Below are positions 43,401 through 51,351 of a DNA stretch of 64,000 nt, one piece after another; position 1 is the stretch's first letter, and each line of letters begins with the position of its first letter. Source of the DNA: a bacterium (lineage in GTDB: Bacteria; Joyebacterota; Joyebacteria; Joyebacterales; Joyebacteraceae); contig JALGZK010000008.1 of assembly GCA_025774935.1 (NCBI GenBank), forward strand, positions 17,576-81,575. Direction: 5' to 3'. A program made the translations under genes and the position numbers. Under the pieces are notes generated by a model that saw nothing but the letters and a program-made list of their open reading frames with translations, was not told the origin of the DNA and did no database searches.

Positions 43401-43832
43401 TTCTTCCTCGAGGCGCACGCGAAGATCCGCCCCGTCGACTTCACGTCCGAGGGGCTCTTCCTCGCGGGTCTCGCCCACTCGCCTCGCTTCACGAACGAGT
43501 GTGTGACGCAGAGCCTCGGCGCCTCGGCGCGGGCCGCGACGATCCTCTCGAAGGACAAGGTCGAGTCGAAGGCCGAGATCGTCGAGGTCAACCTCGCCCG
43601 CTGCTCAGGCTGTGCGCTCTGCGTCGGGATGTGCCCGTACGAGGCGAGGCAGCTCGACCCCGAGAGCGGGAAGGCCACCGTGAACGACATCCTGTGCCAG
43701 GGCTGCGGCGCCTGCGCGGGCATCTGCCCGAACAAGGCGACCGTCCAGCACCTGTACAGACAGACACAGATCATGCACATGCTTGAACCCGTCGGCGCGC
43801 AGGCGGGAACGGAGGCGGAGGCGTCGGAGTAA
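40443..43832 (+). CDS. Giant fusion: NuoG-N-terminal-like [2Fe-2S]/[4Fe-4S] module + C-terminal remainder of a split HdrA + a second HdrA/QmoB-like unit
   Basis: 1129 aa. The N-terminus reads ITLDGVPMEVELGTTILAAA...CHY...GACRICVVE, followed by CILCGLCVRTC and CMSCGACAFVCP. Residues ~235-540 align to HdrA residues ~280-570 (QCVGSRD, CSSICCM). Residues ~560-1110 form another HdrA-like unit (GVFICRCGINIAG, GGGVSGMNAAL, QCVGSRE, CSRICC, CSGCALCVGMCP, CQGCGACAGICP). GTG start; the exact start is uncertain. Confidence 0.85.
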   Translation: MKEHEETRCSEHDVCVNAVRITLDGVPMEVELGTTILAAATSAGVTIPTLCHYGGLEPAGACRICVVELKTERGSRLVPACHYAIEAPADISTSSERVVSSRKMTIELLLARCPEVPALQELAAEYGVETTRLPSDDDDCILCGLCVRTCRDLMDTEALSMVGRGHGRRVAPPYDKKSLVCMSCGACAFVCPTNKIKIADLYAGRTSENLSTYDERLVPVGNIRLNYSQQIPKVPVIDRENCVHFVTGACGACEKICNVGAIDYDQEDREETLNVGAVIVTPGYDSYDASQKGALGYGRYENVLTNLQFERILSASGPCEGEIRRPSDGAHPRKVAFLQCVGSRDTNEEGKPYCSSICCMASIKEAVIAREHDSNVEPTIFYIDMRTQGKEFERYFEGARNDHGIVFKRSSVAKLYEKPATKNLVVRHVDEETGEIAEEEFDLVVLAAGLVAHESNAGLAESLNITLNEHGFCEGHTYQVPGSGGGNGGGNGDGTAGQGAGATAGSAAGIFTGGAFTEPRYIPEAVVEGSCAASGAARLLAEARGTLARKKKYPKQLDVAKAVPRIGVFICRCGINIAGTVNVPDVVAYSATLGNVVHASEFVYSCSQDSLEVIKETVAEHKLNRVVVASCTPRTHEYLFADTIREAGLNRYYFELASIREHCSWVHMQEPELATQKAKELVEMMVSKVRGARPVSLEYSPVVHRGLVIGGGVSGMNAALSLAEQGYEVDLVEKEGKLGGNYLKHRRPVWNLYSPTYLEDLEAAVRANSNVTLHLNSEVILFSGVVGNFYAEVCNRETGEEHEISCGAAVVATGAVEREPVEYGYGTDERIMTQLEFESLLGGEDEPAPDIKSVAMIQCVGSREEPNLYCSRICCTQAIQNAMELKRRNPDATVHIIYRDIRTYGVREELYREAREAGVLFLRYDVDRKPEVTTGPDGLKLKVYDRISRREVELGPDAVVLSTGLAPRPDSEELSKVLRVPLTRDGFFLEAHAKIRPVDFTSEGLFLAGLAHSPRFTNECVTQSLGASARAATILSKDKVESKAEIVEVNLARCSGCALCVGMCPYEARQLDPESGKATVNDILCQGCGACAGICPNKATVQHLYRQTQIMHMLEPVGAQAGTEAEASE

Positions 43833-43866
43833 CGCGGCGCCACTCCCCTCCCCGAAAGGAGCAGAG

Positions 43867-44352
43867 GTGGAAGCGACGGTAGAAGGGAAGACACCGACGG
43901 AAGACGGCACCCCGACCACGAGCCAGGGCGCAGGGCCCTTCGAGCCCAAGATCATTGCGTTCGTGTGCAACTGGTGCACGTACGCCGCCGCGGACCTGGC
44001 GGGGACCTCGAGGATCCAGTACCCGCCGAACGTGAAGATCGTGCGGCTCATGTGCAGCGGCGCGATCGATCCGATCTACGTGCTCCGCGCGATCACGGGC
44101 GGGTTCGACGGGGTCCTGATCGGCGGATGCCATCCCGGCGACTGCCACTACCAGACTGGGAACTACAAGGCGCGCAGGCGCGTCACGATCCTGAAGGAGA
44201 TCCTGAAGTCGGTCGGGTACGACGAAGAGAGGGTGTGGCTCCGCTGGATCTCCGCGAGCGAGGGAGGCGCGTTCGCCGCCACGGTGAGCGAGATGGTCGA
44301 GGCACTCAAGTCGCACGGCCCCAACGTTCTCACGACCAACTGGAACAAGTAG
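43867..44352 (+). CDS. mvhD: MvhD-like (methyl-viologen-reducing hydrogenase delta subunit family) [2Fe-2S] protein
   Basis: I chose the GTG start at 43867 after AAAGGAG. It has the blocks IIAFVCNWCTYAAADLAG, VRLMCSG and GGCHPGDCHY. Confidence 0.85.
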   Translation: MEATVEGKTPTEDGTPTTSQGAGPFEPKIIAFVCNWCTYAAADLAGTSRIQYPPNVKIVRLMCSGAIDPIYVLRAITGGFDGVLIGGCHPGDCHYQTGNYKARRRVTILKEILKSVGYDEERVWLRWISASEGGAFAATVSEMVEALKSHGPNVLTTNWNK

Positions 44353-44358
44353 AGACCA

Positions 44359-45480
44359 ATGAAGAAGAGACTGAAGCTGGATTCGAACGGGCACGGGATG
44401 GAGGAGGCGCTGGGGCGCCTCGCGAGGCTCATGATCTCGACGGGAGGGGTGGACCGGGTCTTCATCCCGCAGCACGACGAGACGGGCGAGGCGGTCTACG
44501 CGACGCTCGTCGCCGACGTGGACGCCCTCAAGGACCCCGCGCCGCTCGTGCCGTACATCAACGGCAACAAGGGACGGGAGGCGGGTCTCTCCACGCCGAA
44601 GAACGGCGAGAACAAGACCGCCGTCTTCGTGCGTCCGTGCGAGGCCCGGGCGATCATCGAGCTCTCGAAGCTCATGCAGGCGCATCGGGAGAGCATGCTC
44701 CTGATCACGTCCGACTGCCCGGGGACCCTCACGCTCGAGGACTACAAGCGCCTCCGCGAGGAGCACCCGGACCACCGCGAGGAGGTCGCGGCGTTCTACG
44801 CGCCGTTCCACGGAGGAGAGCGCCTCGAAGGACACGAGGTCCGCGAGTGCTGCACGTTCTGCGAGTCGCTCGCGCATCCCATGAGCGACATCCGCCTTCT
44901 CCTCGTCGGAGCGCCGGAAGGAACGGTCGTCGTCGAGGCCACGTCGGAGGCCGGCGAGCGGGTGCTCTCGAAGCTCGAGATGGAGGAAGCGGCGGAGGTC
45001 GACGAAGCCGTGCGGGAGAAGTTCACCGAGGGTCAGAAGTCGCGCCACGCCGAGATGGAGGCACACTGGGACGAGGTGGTCCACTCGGTCGAGGACTTCA
45101 TGCACCTCGTCCAGCACTGCCGCAGGTGCTACAACTGCCGGGCCGAGTGCCCGATCTGCTACTGCCGCGAGTGCGTGTTCCAGACGGCCACGTTCGAGGT
45201 GACGCCCGACGCGTTCGGGAGGCGAGCCGACCAGTACGGCGTCGTCAAGATGCCGCCCGACACGCTGGTCTTCCACCTGACGAGGATGAACCACATGGTG
45301 ACGTCCTGCGTCTCCTGCGGTCAGTGCACCGAGGCCTGCCCTCAGAAGATCCCCGTGGGGAAGATCTTCTCCGCGGTGGGCAGGAGGGTTCAGGACGTCT
45401 TCGACTACAGGGCCGGCGCCGATACGGCCGACGAACTGCCGCATGCAGTCTTCCGTGAGGACGAGCTCGAGCCGCGCTAG
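44359..45480 (+). CDS. Iron-sulfur protein, FrhB/FdhB-like N-terminal region + 2x[4Fe-4S] dicluster domain
   Basis: 373 aa with VFVRPCEARAIIEL (FrhB-like) and the cluster motifs CRRCYNCRAECPIC and CVSCGQCTEACP. The family assignment is tentative. Confidence 0.65.
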   Translation: MKKRLKLDSNGHGMEEALGRLARLMISTGGVDRVFIPQHDETGEAVYATLVADVDALKDPAPLVPYINGNKGREAGLSTPKNGENKTAVFVRPCEARAIIELSKLMQAHRESMLLITSDCPGTLTLEDYKRLREEHPDHREEVAAFYAPFHGGERLEGHEVRECCTFCESLAHPMSDIRLLLVGAPEGTVVVEATSEAGERVLSKLEMEEAAEVDEAVREKFTEGQKSRHAEMEAHWDEVVHSVEDFMHLVQHCRRCYNCRAECPICYCRECVFQTATFEVTPDAFGRRADQYGVVKMPPDTLVFHLTRMNHMVTSCVSCGQCTEACPQKIPVGKIFSAVGRRVQDVFDYRAGADTADELPHAVFREDELEPR

Positions 45481-45509
45481 GCGCGCCGGGCTTCTCCTGG
45501 AGAATCGCG

Positions 45510-46229
45510 ATGGCAACAGAACTGAAAGAGAAGGACGTCACAGAGGCCGGCGACGACGGCATGGTCAGCATCTTCGTGATGGGCAAGGAGTACCGGGTGC
45601 CCGACGCGCTGACCATCATGAAGGCGACCGAGTACGCGGGCTACCGGTTCATCCGCGGCTGCGGGTGCCGGGGCGGCGCGTGCGGGGCGTGCGCGACCGT
45701 CTACCGGACGGGCGACGACTACCGGATCAAGGTGGGGCTCGCGTGCCAGACGCTGATCGAGCCGGGGATGCACCTCACGCAGATCCCGTTCTATCCGGCG
45801 AACAAGGCGATCTACGACCTCGATCTGGCCGAGCCGACGGTCGAAGAGGTACTCAAGCACTACCCCGAGATCGCCAGGTGCCTCTGCTGCGAGGTCTGCA
45901 CGCGGGCGTGCCCGCAGGACCTCGAGGTCATGTACTACATCCAAGCGGCGCTCCGGGGAGACGTGAAGGAAGTGTCCCGGCTCTCGTTCGAGTGCATCAT
46001 GTGCGGGCTCTGTGTGTCTCGGTGTCCCGCCGAGCTCATGCACTACAACGTGGCCATCCTCTGCCGGAGGCTCTACGCGAGGTACGGCATGAAGAGGGCC
46101 GAGCACGTCGCTGAGCGCGTCCGCGAGATCGAGGAAGGGAAATACGACTCGGAACTCGACGAGCTGGTCGGGATGGACGAGAAGGACCTCGTGAAGGCCT
46201 ACGAGGGCCGTGACTTCGAGGAAGCATAA
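45510..46229 (+). CDS. Succinate dehydrogenase/fumarate reductase iron-sulfur subunit-like protein
   Basis: 239 aa with an N-terminal 2Fe-2S-like GCGCRGGACGACA, followed by CLCCEVCTRACP and CIMCGLCVSRCP. Confidence 0.75.
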   Translation: MATELKEKDVTEAGDDGMVSIFVMGKEYRVPDALTIMKATEYAGYRFIRGCGCRGGACGACATVYRTGDDYRIKVGLACQTLIEPGMHLTQIPFYPANKAIYDLDLAEPTVEEVLKHYPEIARCLCCEVCTRACPQDLEVMYYIQAALRGDVKEVSRLSFECIMCGLCVSRCPAELMHYNVAILCRRLYARYGMKRAEHVAERVREIEEGKYDSELDELVGMDEKDLVKAYEGRDFEEA

Positions 46230-46240
46230 GGAGACGTGAC

Positions 46241-47869
46241 GTGCCGTATTCCAGGGAGATGATGGAGTCGGTCAGGAAGGTCGTGGAGACGCGCCCGGCC
46301 AGGATCGCCGAGGCGAAGGAGGGGAAGCACTTCCCCCGTCTCGGCCAGGACGACATCGAGGCCATCCTGAAGAAGTACCACCCGGACTACAGGGACGGGA
46401 CGAAGCGGGAGGTCAGGGTCGGGGCCGGGAAGGGCACGATCGTCCCGAACGAGCTCGCGGATCTCCTCGAGGCGCGACCGATGATCCGGCCCGAGGACGT
46501 GGAGCTCGGCACCGTCGACGTCGACACCGACGTCCTCGTGATCGGAGGCGGTGGGGCGGGCGCCGCGGCGGCTCTCACGGCGGCCGCGGAGGGGGTGAAC
46601 GTCACGGTCGCCACGAAGCTCAGGCTCGGGGACGCGAACACGATGATGGCCGAGGGAGGCATCCAGGCGGCCGACAAGGCGAGCGACTCGCCGGTGCTGC
46701 ACTTCCTCGACATCCTCGGCGGAGGGCACTTCACGAACGACCGCGAGCTGGTACGCACGCTCGTCAGCGACGCGCCGTCGATCATCGGGTGGCTCGAGGA
46801 TCTCGGCGTCCTCTTCGACAAGGAGGAAGAGGACGGCACGATGCAGACGCTGCACGGCGGCGGGACGTCGCGCAAGCGCATGCACTCGGCGGGCGACATG
46901 ACCGGAGCCGAGATCATGCGGACGCTCCGGGACGAGGTCAAGAACCACCCGGACGAGATCCGCGTGCTCGAGTTCTCCCCGGCGGTCGAGCTCATCCTGG
47001 GCGACGCAGGCGGAGTGGCGGGAGCGGTGCTCTACAACATGGAGACCGAGCAGTACATCGTCGTGCGCGCGAAGACCACCATCATCGCGACAGGCGGGTT
47101 CGGCAGGCTCCACATCCAGGGATTCCCCACGACGAACCACTACGGCGCCACGGCCGACGGCATCGTCCTCGCCTACCGCGCGGGAGCGGCGCTCAAGTTC
47201 CTGGAGGCGACGCAGTTCCATCCCACGGGAGCGGTCTTCCCGGAACAGAACGTCGGCCTCCTCATCACGGAGAAGGTGCGGGGCGCCGGCGCGCAGGTCG
47301 TCAACGTCGAGGGTGAGCAGTTCGTCTATCCGCTCGAGACGCGCGACGTGGAGTCGGCGGCGATCATCCGCGAGTGCGAGGAACGCGGGAAGGGCGTCGT
47401 GACGCCCACGGGGCGCAAGGGGTGCTGGCTCGACTCTCCGATGGTCGAGGTCCTGCGAGGCGCGGGGACCATGCAGAACGATTTCCCCGCCAAGTACAGG
47501 CAGTTCATGCGGCACGACATCGACATCAGCAAGCTCCCGATGCTCATCTACCCGACGCTCCACTACCAGAACGGCGGCGTCGCGATCAACGCGGAAGCCG
47601 AGGCCGAGAGGGAGAACCTCTACCTCGCCGGAGAGGTCACCGGGGGCATCCACGGCACCAACCGGCTGATGGGGAACTCGCTCCTGGACATCCTGGTCTA
47701 CGGACGCCGCGCCGGACTGAACGCGGCAAGGAAGAGCAAGGAGACGCAGCCGGGCAGGCTGACGCTCGAGCATCTGAGCGAGTACGCAGCCGAGCTCGAG
47801 AAGGCGGGGATCGGGAGCGAGGCAGTCTCTCCCATGCTCCTCCCCGACTACGCCGGCAAGCTCGGATAG
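46241..47869 (+). CDS. FAD-dependent flavoprotein of the SdhA/FrdA/NadB/AprA superfamily
   Basis: GTG start, 542 aa. It has the dinucleotide fold DVLVIGGGGAGAAAAL plus the blocks AEGGIQAA, TQFHPTG and GTNRLMGNSLLD. Confidence 0.85.
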   Translation: MPYSREMMESVRKVVETRPARIAEAKEGKHFPRLGQDDIEAILKKYHPDYRDGTKREVRVGAGKGTIVPNELADLLEARPMIRPEDVELGTVDVDTDVLVIGGGGAGAAAALTAAAEGVNVTVATKLRLGDANTMMAEGGIQAADKASDSPVLHFLDILGGGHFTNDRELVRTLVSDAPSIIGWLEDLGVLFDKEEEDGTMQTLHGGGTSRKRMHSAGDMTGAEIMRTLRDEVKNHPDEIRVLEFSPAVELILGDAGGVAGAVLYNMETEQYIVVRAKTTIIATGGFGRLHIQGFPTTNHYGATADGIVLAYRAGAALKFLEATQFHPTGAVFPEQNVGLLITEKVRGAGAQVVNVEGEQFVYPLETRDVESAAIIRECEERGKGVVTPTGRKGCWLDSPMVEVLRGAGTMQNDFPAKYRQFMRHDIDISKLPMLIYPTLHYQNGGVAINAEAEAERENLYLAGEVTGGIHGTNRLMGNSLLDILVYGRRAGLNAARKSKETQPGRLTLEHLSEYAAELEKAGIGSEAVSPMLLPDYAGKLG

Positions 47870-47905
47870 CCGAAGGCCATCCGGCGAGCGGCCGAGAGGA
47901 ATGCG

Positions 47906-48319
47906 ATGAAACTGGTTCTTGAACGCGGGGACTTCACGAGGACCTTCCACGAGAGGCTGAAGGAGCTCTCGGGGCAGGACCTCTTCACCTGCTATCAGTG
48001 CGGGAAGTGCTCGGCAGGCTGTCCGAGCGCCGCCGTGATGGACGCTCCCCCGCACGCCATTGTCCGGCTCGCGTGGTTCGGCCAGGAGGATGACCTCATG
48101 AAGCTCAACTCCTACTGGCTCTGCGCGGCGTGCCTGACGTGCGACCTCCGTTGCCCCAAGGGCATCGACATATCGCGGATCATGGAGGCGCTGCGCGTGA
48201 TGTTCCTGCGCCCGAGAGAAGAGCCCGACATGGTGCCGCCCGAGTCCCTTCCGAAAGACATGCTCTCGAGGATCCCGCAGCAGGCGCTCGTGGCGGGAAT
48301 GAGGAAGTACACGAAATGA
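47906..48319 (+). CDS. hdrC: Heterodisulfide reductase subunit C-like (copy 1)
   Basis: 137 aa with CYQCGKCSAGCP and CAACLTCDLRCP. Its stop overlaps the hdrB start (ATGA). Confidence 0.85.
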   Translation: MKLVLERGDFTRTFHERLKELSGQDLFTCYQCGKCSAGCPSAAVMDAPPHAIVRLAWFGQEDDLMKLNSYWLCAACLTCDLRCPKGIDISRIMEALRVMFLRPREEPDMVPPESLPKDMLSRIPQQALVAGMRKYTK

Positions 48320-49329
48320 GGACCTTCTACTACCCCGGCTGCACACTGCCAGACAAGGCGCGCGACTTCGACACGTCCGCGCGCACGACCTGCGACCTCC
48401 TCGGCATCGAGCTCGAGGAGATGGAGAGGTGGGTCTGCTGCGGCTCCGCGTTCAAGCTCGACCGCACGAACGTGATGCAGCACCTGGCGCCGATCAGGAA
48501 CCTCGCGGAGGTGCACAAGGAGGGCGGGAGGCTCATGACCCTGTGCGTCTTCTGCTACAACTCCCTGAAGCGGGCGAACTACGCGTTCAACGCCGCGTCC
48601 GACCGACAGGAGATCCTGAACGACTTCATCGAGTCCGACTACGACGGCAAGGTCCAGGTGGTCCACCTCCTGGAGATGCTCAAGGACGACGTGAGCTTCG
48701 AGGCGCTCGCCGAGCAGGTGAAGCGTCCGCTTACGGGTCTCAAGGTCGCGGTGTTCTACGGCTGCCTCCTCATGCGCCCGTTCAAAGAAGTCGGGTTCGA
48801 GGATCCGGAGAACCCCTCCGTCCTCGAGAGGCTGTTCGAGGCACTCGGCGCCGAGGTCGTCCCGTACCCCCACCACCTCGAGTGCTGCGGGTCGTACCTC
48901 TCGCTCAAAGACCCCGAGCACACGACAACGTGCGTCACGAAGATCCTCGGGTCGGCCGTCGCCGAAGGCGCCAACGCGATCGTCACGAGCTGCCCGATGT
49001 GCAACTTCAACTTCGAGTTCTTCGGCGGAGACCTCGTCTCGAGAAACCAGATCCACACGTTCTACTTCACGGAACTCCTGGCGCTCGCGCTGGGCGCCGA
49101 CAAGGAGCTGTGCGGGCTCGAGCAGCACGAGACCGACGTCGATGGCTTCCTCCAGGACCTCTTCGCCGGACGCGCGGCAACCGAGCCAGTGGCCCCAGAG
49201 CCGGCGACGGAGGAACCGCCCGCCGAGGAGCCCGAGGCCGCCGCGCCCGAGGCGCCCGAGCGACCGGCGGCGAAAGAAGTGCCGGCTGAGAAGGAAGGAG
49301 TCGCCGGGGAGCGCGATCCGAGCGAGTGA
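48316..49329 (+). CDS. hdrB: Heterodisulfide reductase subunit B-like (copy 1) with Pro/Glu/Ala-rich C-terminal tail
   Basis: I trimmed the start to ATG 48316. It has two CCG domains (VCCGSAF, LECCGSYL) and the N-terminal YYPGCTL. The tail reads AATEPVAPEPATEEPPAEEPEAAAPEAPERPAAKE. Confidence 0.85.
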   Translation: MRTFYYPGCTLPDKARDFDTSARTTCDLLGIELEEMERWVCCGSAFKLDRTNVMQHLAPIRNLAEVHKEGGRLMTLCVFCYNSLKRANYAFNAASDRQEILNDFIESDYDGKVQVVHLLEMLKDDVSFEALAEQVKRPLTGLKVAVFYGCLLMRPFKEVGFEDPENPSVLERLFEALGAEVVPYPHHLECCGSYLSLKDPEHTTTCVTKILGSAVAEGANAIVTSCPMCNFNFEFFGGDLVSRNQIHTFYFTELLALALGADKELCGLEQHETDVDGFLQDLFAGRAATEPVAPEPATEEPPAEEPEAAAPEAPERPAAKEVPAEKEGVAGERDPSE

Positions 49330-49353
49330 CGCCGCCCCTGGCGCGCTGAACGG

Positions 49354-51309
49354 ATGACGAGAATCGGAGTGTTCTGTTGCTGGTGCGGGTCGAACATCGG
49401 CGGGGTCGTGGATCTCGACCGGGTGAACGAAGCTGCTTCGAAGATGCCCGGGGTCGTCCACGCGGAGTGCTACCGCTACTTCTGCTCGCAGCCCGGCCAG
49501 AATATGATCGAGGACGCCATCCGGGAGCACGAGCTCACGGGAGTGGTCATCGCGGCCTGTTCTCCGAGCATGCACGAGGGTACGTTCCGGAAGGCGGCGG
49601 AGCGGGCCGGGCTCAATCGGTATCAGGTGGAGATCGTCAACACGCGCGAGCAGGTCGCGTGGGTGCACCAGGACGAACACGAGGCGGCGACCGAGAAGGC
49701 GATCGCGCTCATCGCCGCCATGGTCGAGAAGACGCGGCAGGACAAGCCCCTCTCCCCCGGCCGCGCTCCGGTCGTAAAGCGGGCACTCGTCATCGGGGCC
49801 GGGATCAGCGGCGTCCAGACCGCGCTCGACATCGCCAACGGGGGCTGCGAGGTGATCCTCGTTGAGAAGGAACCGTCGATCGGCGGACACATGGCGCAGC
49901 TGTCGGAGACGTTCCCGACCCTCGACTGCTCGCAGTGCATCATGACGCCGAAGATGGTCGACGTCGCGCAGCACGAGCGCATCAACCTCCTCACGTACTC
50001 GAACGTGGAGGAGATGTCGGGGAGCGTCGGGAACTTCCACGTGAAGATCAGGCGATTGGCCGCGTACGTGGACCGCGACAAGTGCACGAGCTGCGGCGTC
50101 TGCATCGAGAAGTGCCCAGTCAAGGTGTCTTCGGAGTTCGAGATGAACCTCGTCGAGAGGAAGGCCATCTACGTGAACTCGCCGCAGGCCGTTCCGAGCA
50201 CGCCGGTCATCGACGCGGGGAACTGCCTGTTCCTCACGGAGGGGAAGTGCGGCGTCTGCAAGAAGGTCTGCGAGATCGAGGCTGTCGACTACGAGCAGAC
50301 GGACGAGGTCCTCGAGTTCGACGTCGGGGCCGCGGTCGTGGCGACGGGGTTCGACGAGTTCGACCCGAACCTGAAGCCCGAGCTCGGCTACGGGCGCTAC
50401 GAGAACGTCATCACCGGGCTCGAGATGGAGCGGCTGTGCTCGTCGTCTGGTCCGACGGGCGGCGAGATCCTGCTCAACGGGAAGAGCCCGAAGGACGTCG
50501 TCTTCCTCCAGTGCGTGGGCTCGCGCGACGAGTCGGTCGGGAACGAGCACTGCTCGAGGATCTGCTGCATGTCGACCGCGAAGCAGGCGTTCCTGGTCAA
50601 GGAGAAGATCCCGGGAGCGACGGCGACCGTCTTCTACATGGACATCCGCGCGTTCGGGAAGGGCTACGAGGAGTTCTACGACCGCGTCCGGAAGATGGGC
50701 GTCGACTACCGGCGCGGGAGCGCCTCGGAGATCTACCGGCGGAAAGACAGGCTCGTCGTCCGGGCGGAGGACACGCTCGCGGGCGAGCCGGTCGAGGTCG
50801 AGGCGGATCTCGTCGTCCTCGCCGCGGGGCTCGTTCCGCGACGGGACGCAGACGAGATCGCGCAGACGATGAAGCTGTCGCGCTCGACCGACGGGTTCAT
50901 CAGGGAGTCGCACCCGAAGCTCCACCCCGTCGAGACCACGACGGCGGGCATCTTCCTCGCCGGCTGCAGCCAGGGCCCGAAGGACATCCCCGATGCGGTC
51001 GCGCAGGCGGGATGCGCGGCGGCCAAGGTGTTGAGCCTCCTCGCCGCAGGCGAGCTCACCTCCGAGGCAGCGATCGCGGAGGTGAACGAGGAGCGGTGCG
51101 CGGCGTGCGGGATGTGCGAGACGGCGTGCCCGTACGACGCGAGGACGCTCGACGAGGAGAGGAGCGTCGCCGAGGTCGACGAGCTCCTCTGCCAGGGATG
51201 CGGCGCGTGCGTGGCGGCGTGCATGAACAAGGCGTGCGAGCTCAAGAACCTGACGACGCGGCAGATCGGCTCGATGGTGTCGCAGCTTGGCGAGAGAGGA
51301 CGGCACTGA
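49354..51309 (+). CDS. hdrA: Heterodisulfide reductase subunit A (full-length, copy 1)
   Basis: 651 aa. It has the N-terminal Cys domain GVFCCWCGSNIGG, the FAD fold VIGAGISGVQ, an inserted ferredoxin (CTSCGVCIEKCP, CGVCKKVC), the blocks QCVGSRD and CSRICC, and a C-terminal ferredoxin (CAACGMCETACP, CQGCGACVAAC). Confidence 0.92.
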   Translation: MTRIGVFCCWCGSNIGGVVDLDRVNEAASKMPGVVHAECYRYFCSQPGQNMIEDAIREHELTGVVIAACSPSMHEGTFRKAAERAGLNRYQVEIVNTREQVAWVHQDEHEAATEKAIALIAAMVEKTRQDKPLSPGRAPVVKRALVIGAGISGVQTALDIANGGCEVILVEKEPSIGGHMAQLSETFPTLDCSQCIMTPKMVDVAQHERINLLTYSNVEEMSGSVGNFHVKIRRLAAYVDRDKCTSCGVCIEKCPVKVSSEFEMNLVERKAIYVNSPQAVPSTPVIDAGNCLFLTEGKCGVCKKVCEIEAVDYEQTDEVLEFDVGAAVVATGFDEFDPNLKPELGYGRYENVITGLEMERLCSSSGPTGGEILLNGKSPKDVVFLQCVGSRDESVGNEHCSRICCMSTAKQAFLVKEKIPGATATVFYMDIRAFGKGYEEFYDRVRKMGVDYRRGSASEIYRRKDRLVVRAEDTLAGEPVEVEADLVVLAAGLVPRRDADEIAQTMKLSRSTDGFIRESHPKLHPVETTTAGIFLAGCSQGPKDIPDAVAQAGCAAAKVLSLLAAGELTSEAAIAEVNEERCAACGMCETACPYDARTLDEERSVAEVDELLCQGCGACVAACMNKACELKNLTTRQIGSMVSQLGERGRH

Positions 51310-51351
51310 CGAGGTGAGGTTCCGAGAGACGACATCGGACGGGAAGGCTCG

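Noticed and set aside
43783-43866. Upstream ATG extension of the mvhD ORF (MNPSARRRERRRRRRSNAAPLPSPKGAE)
   Set aside because: The extension overlaps the end of the 1129-aa gene, is an Arg run with no function, and lacks an SD. The GTG at 43867 has AAAGGAG upstream and gives a normal MvhD N-terminus.
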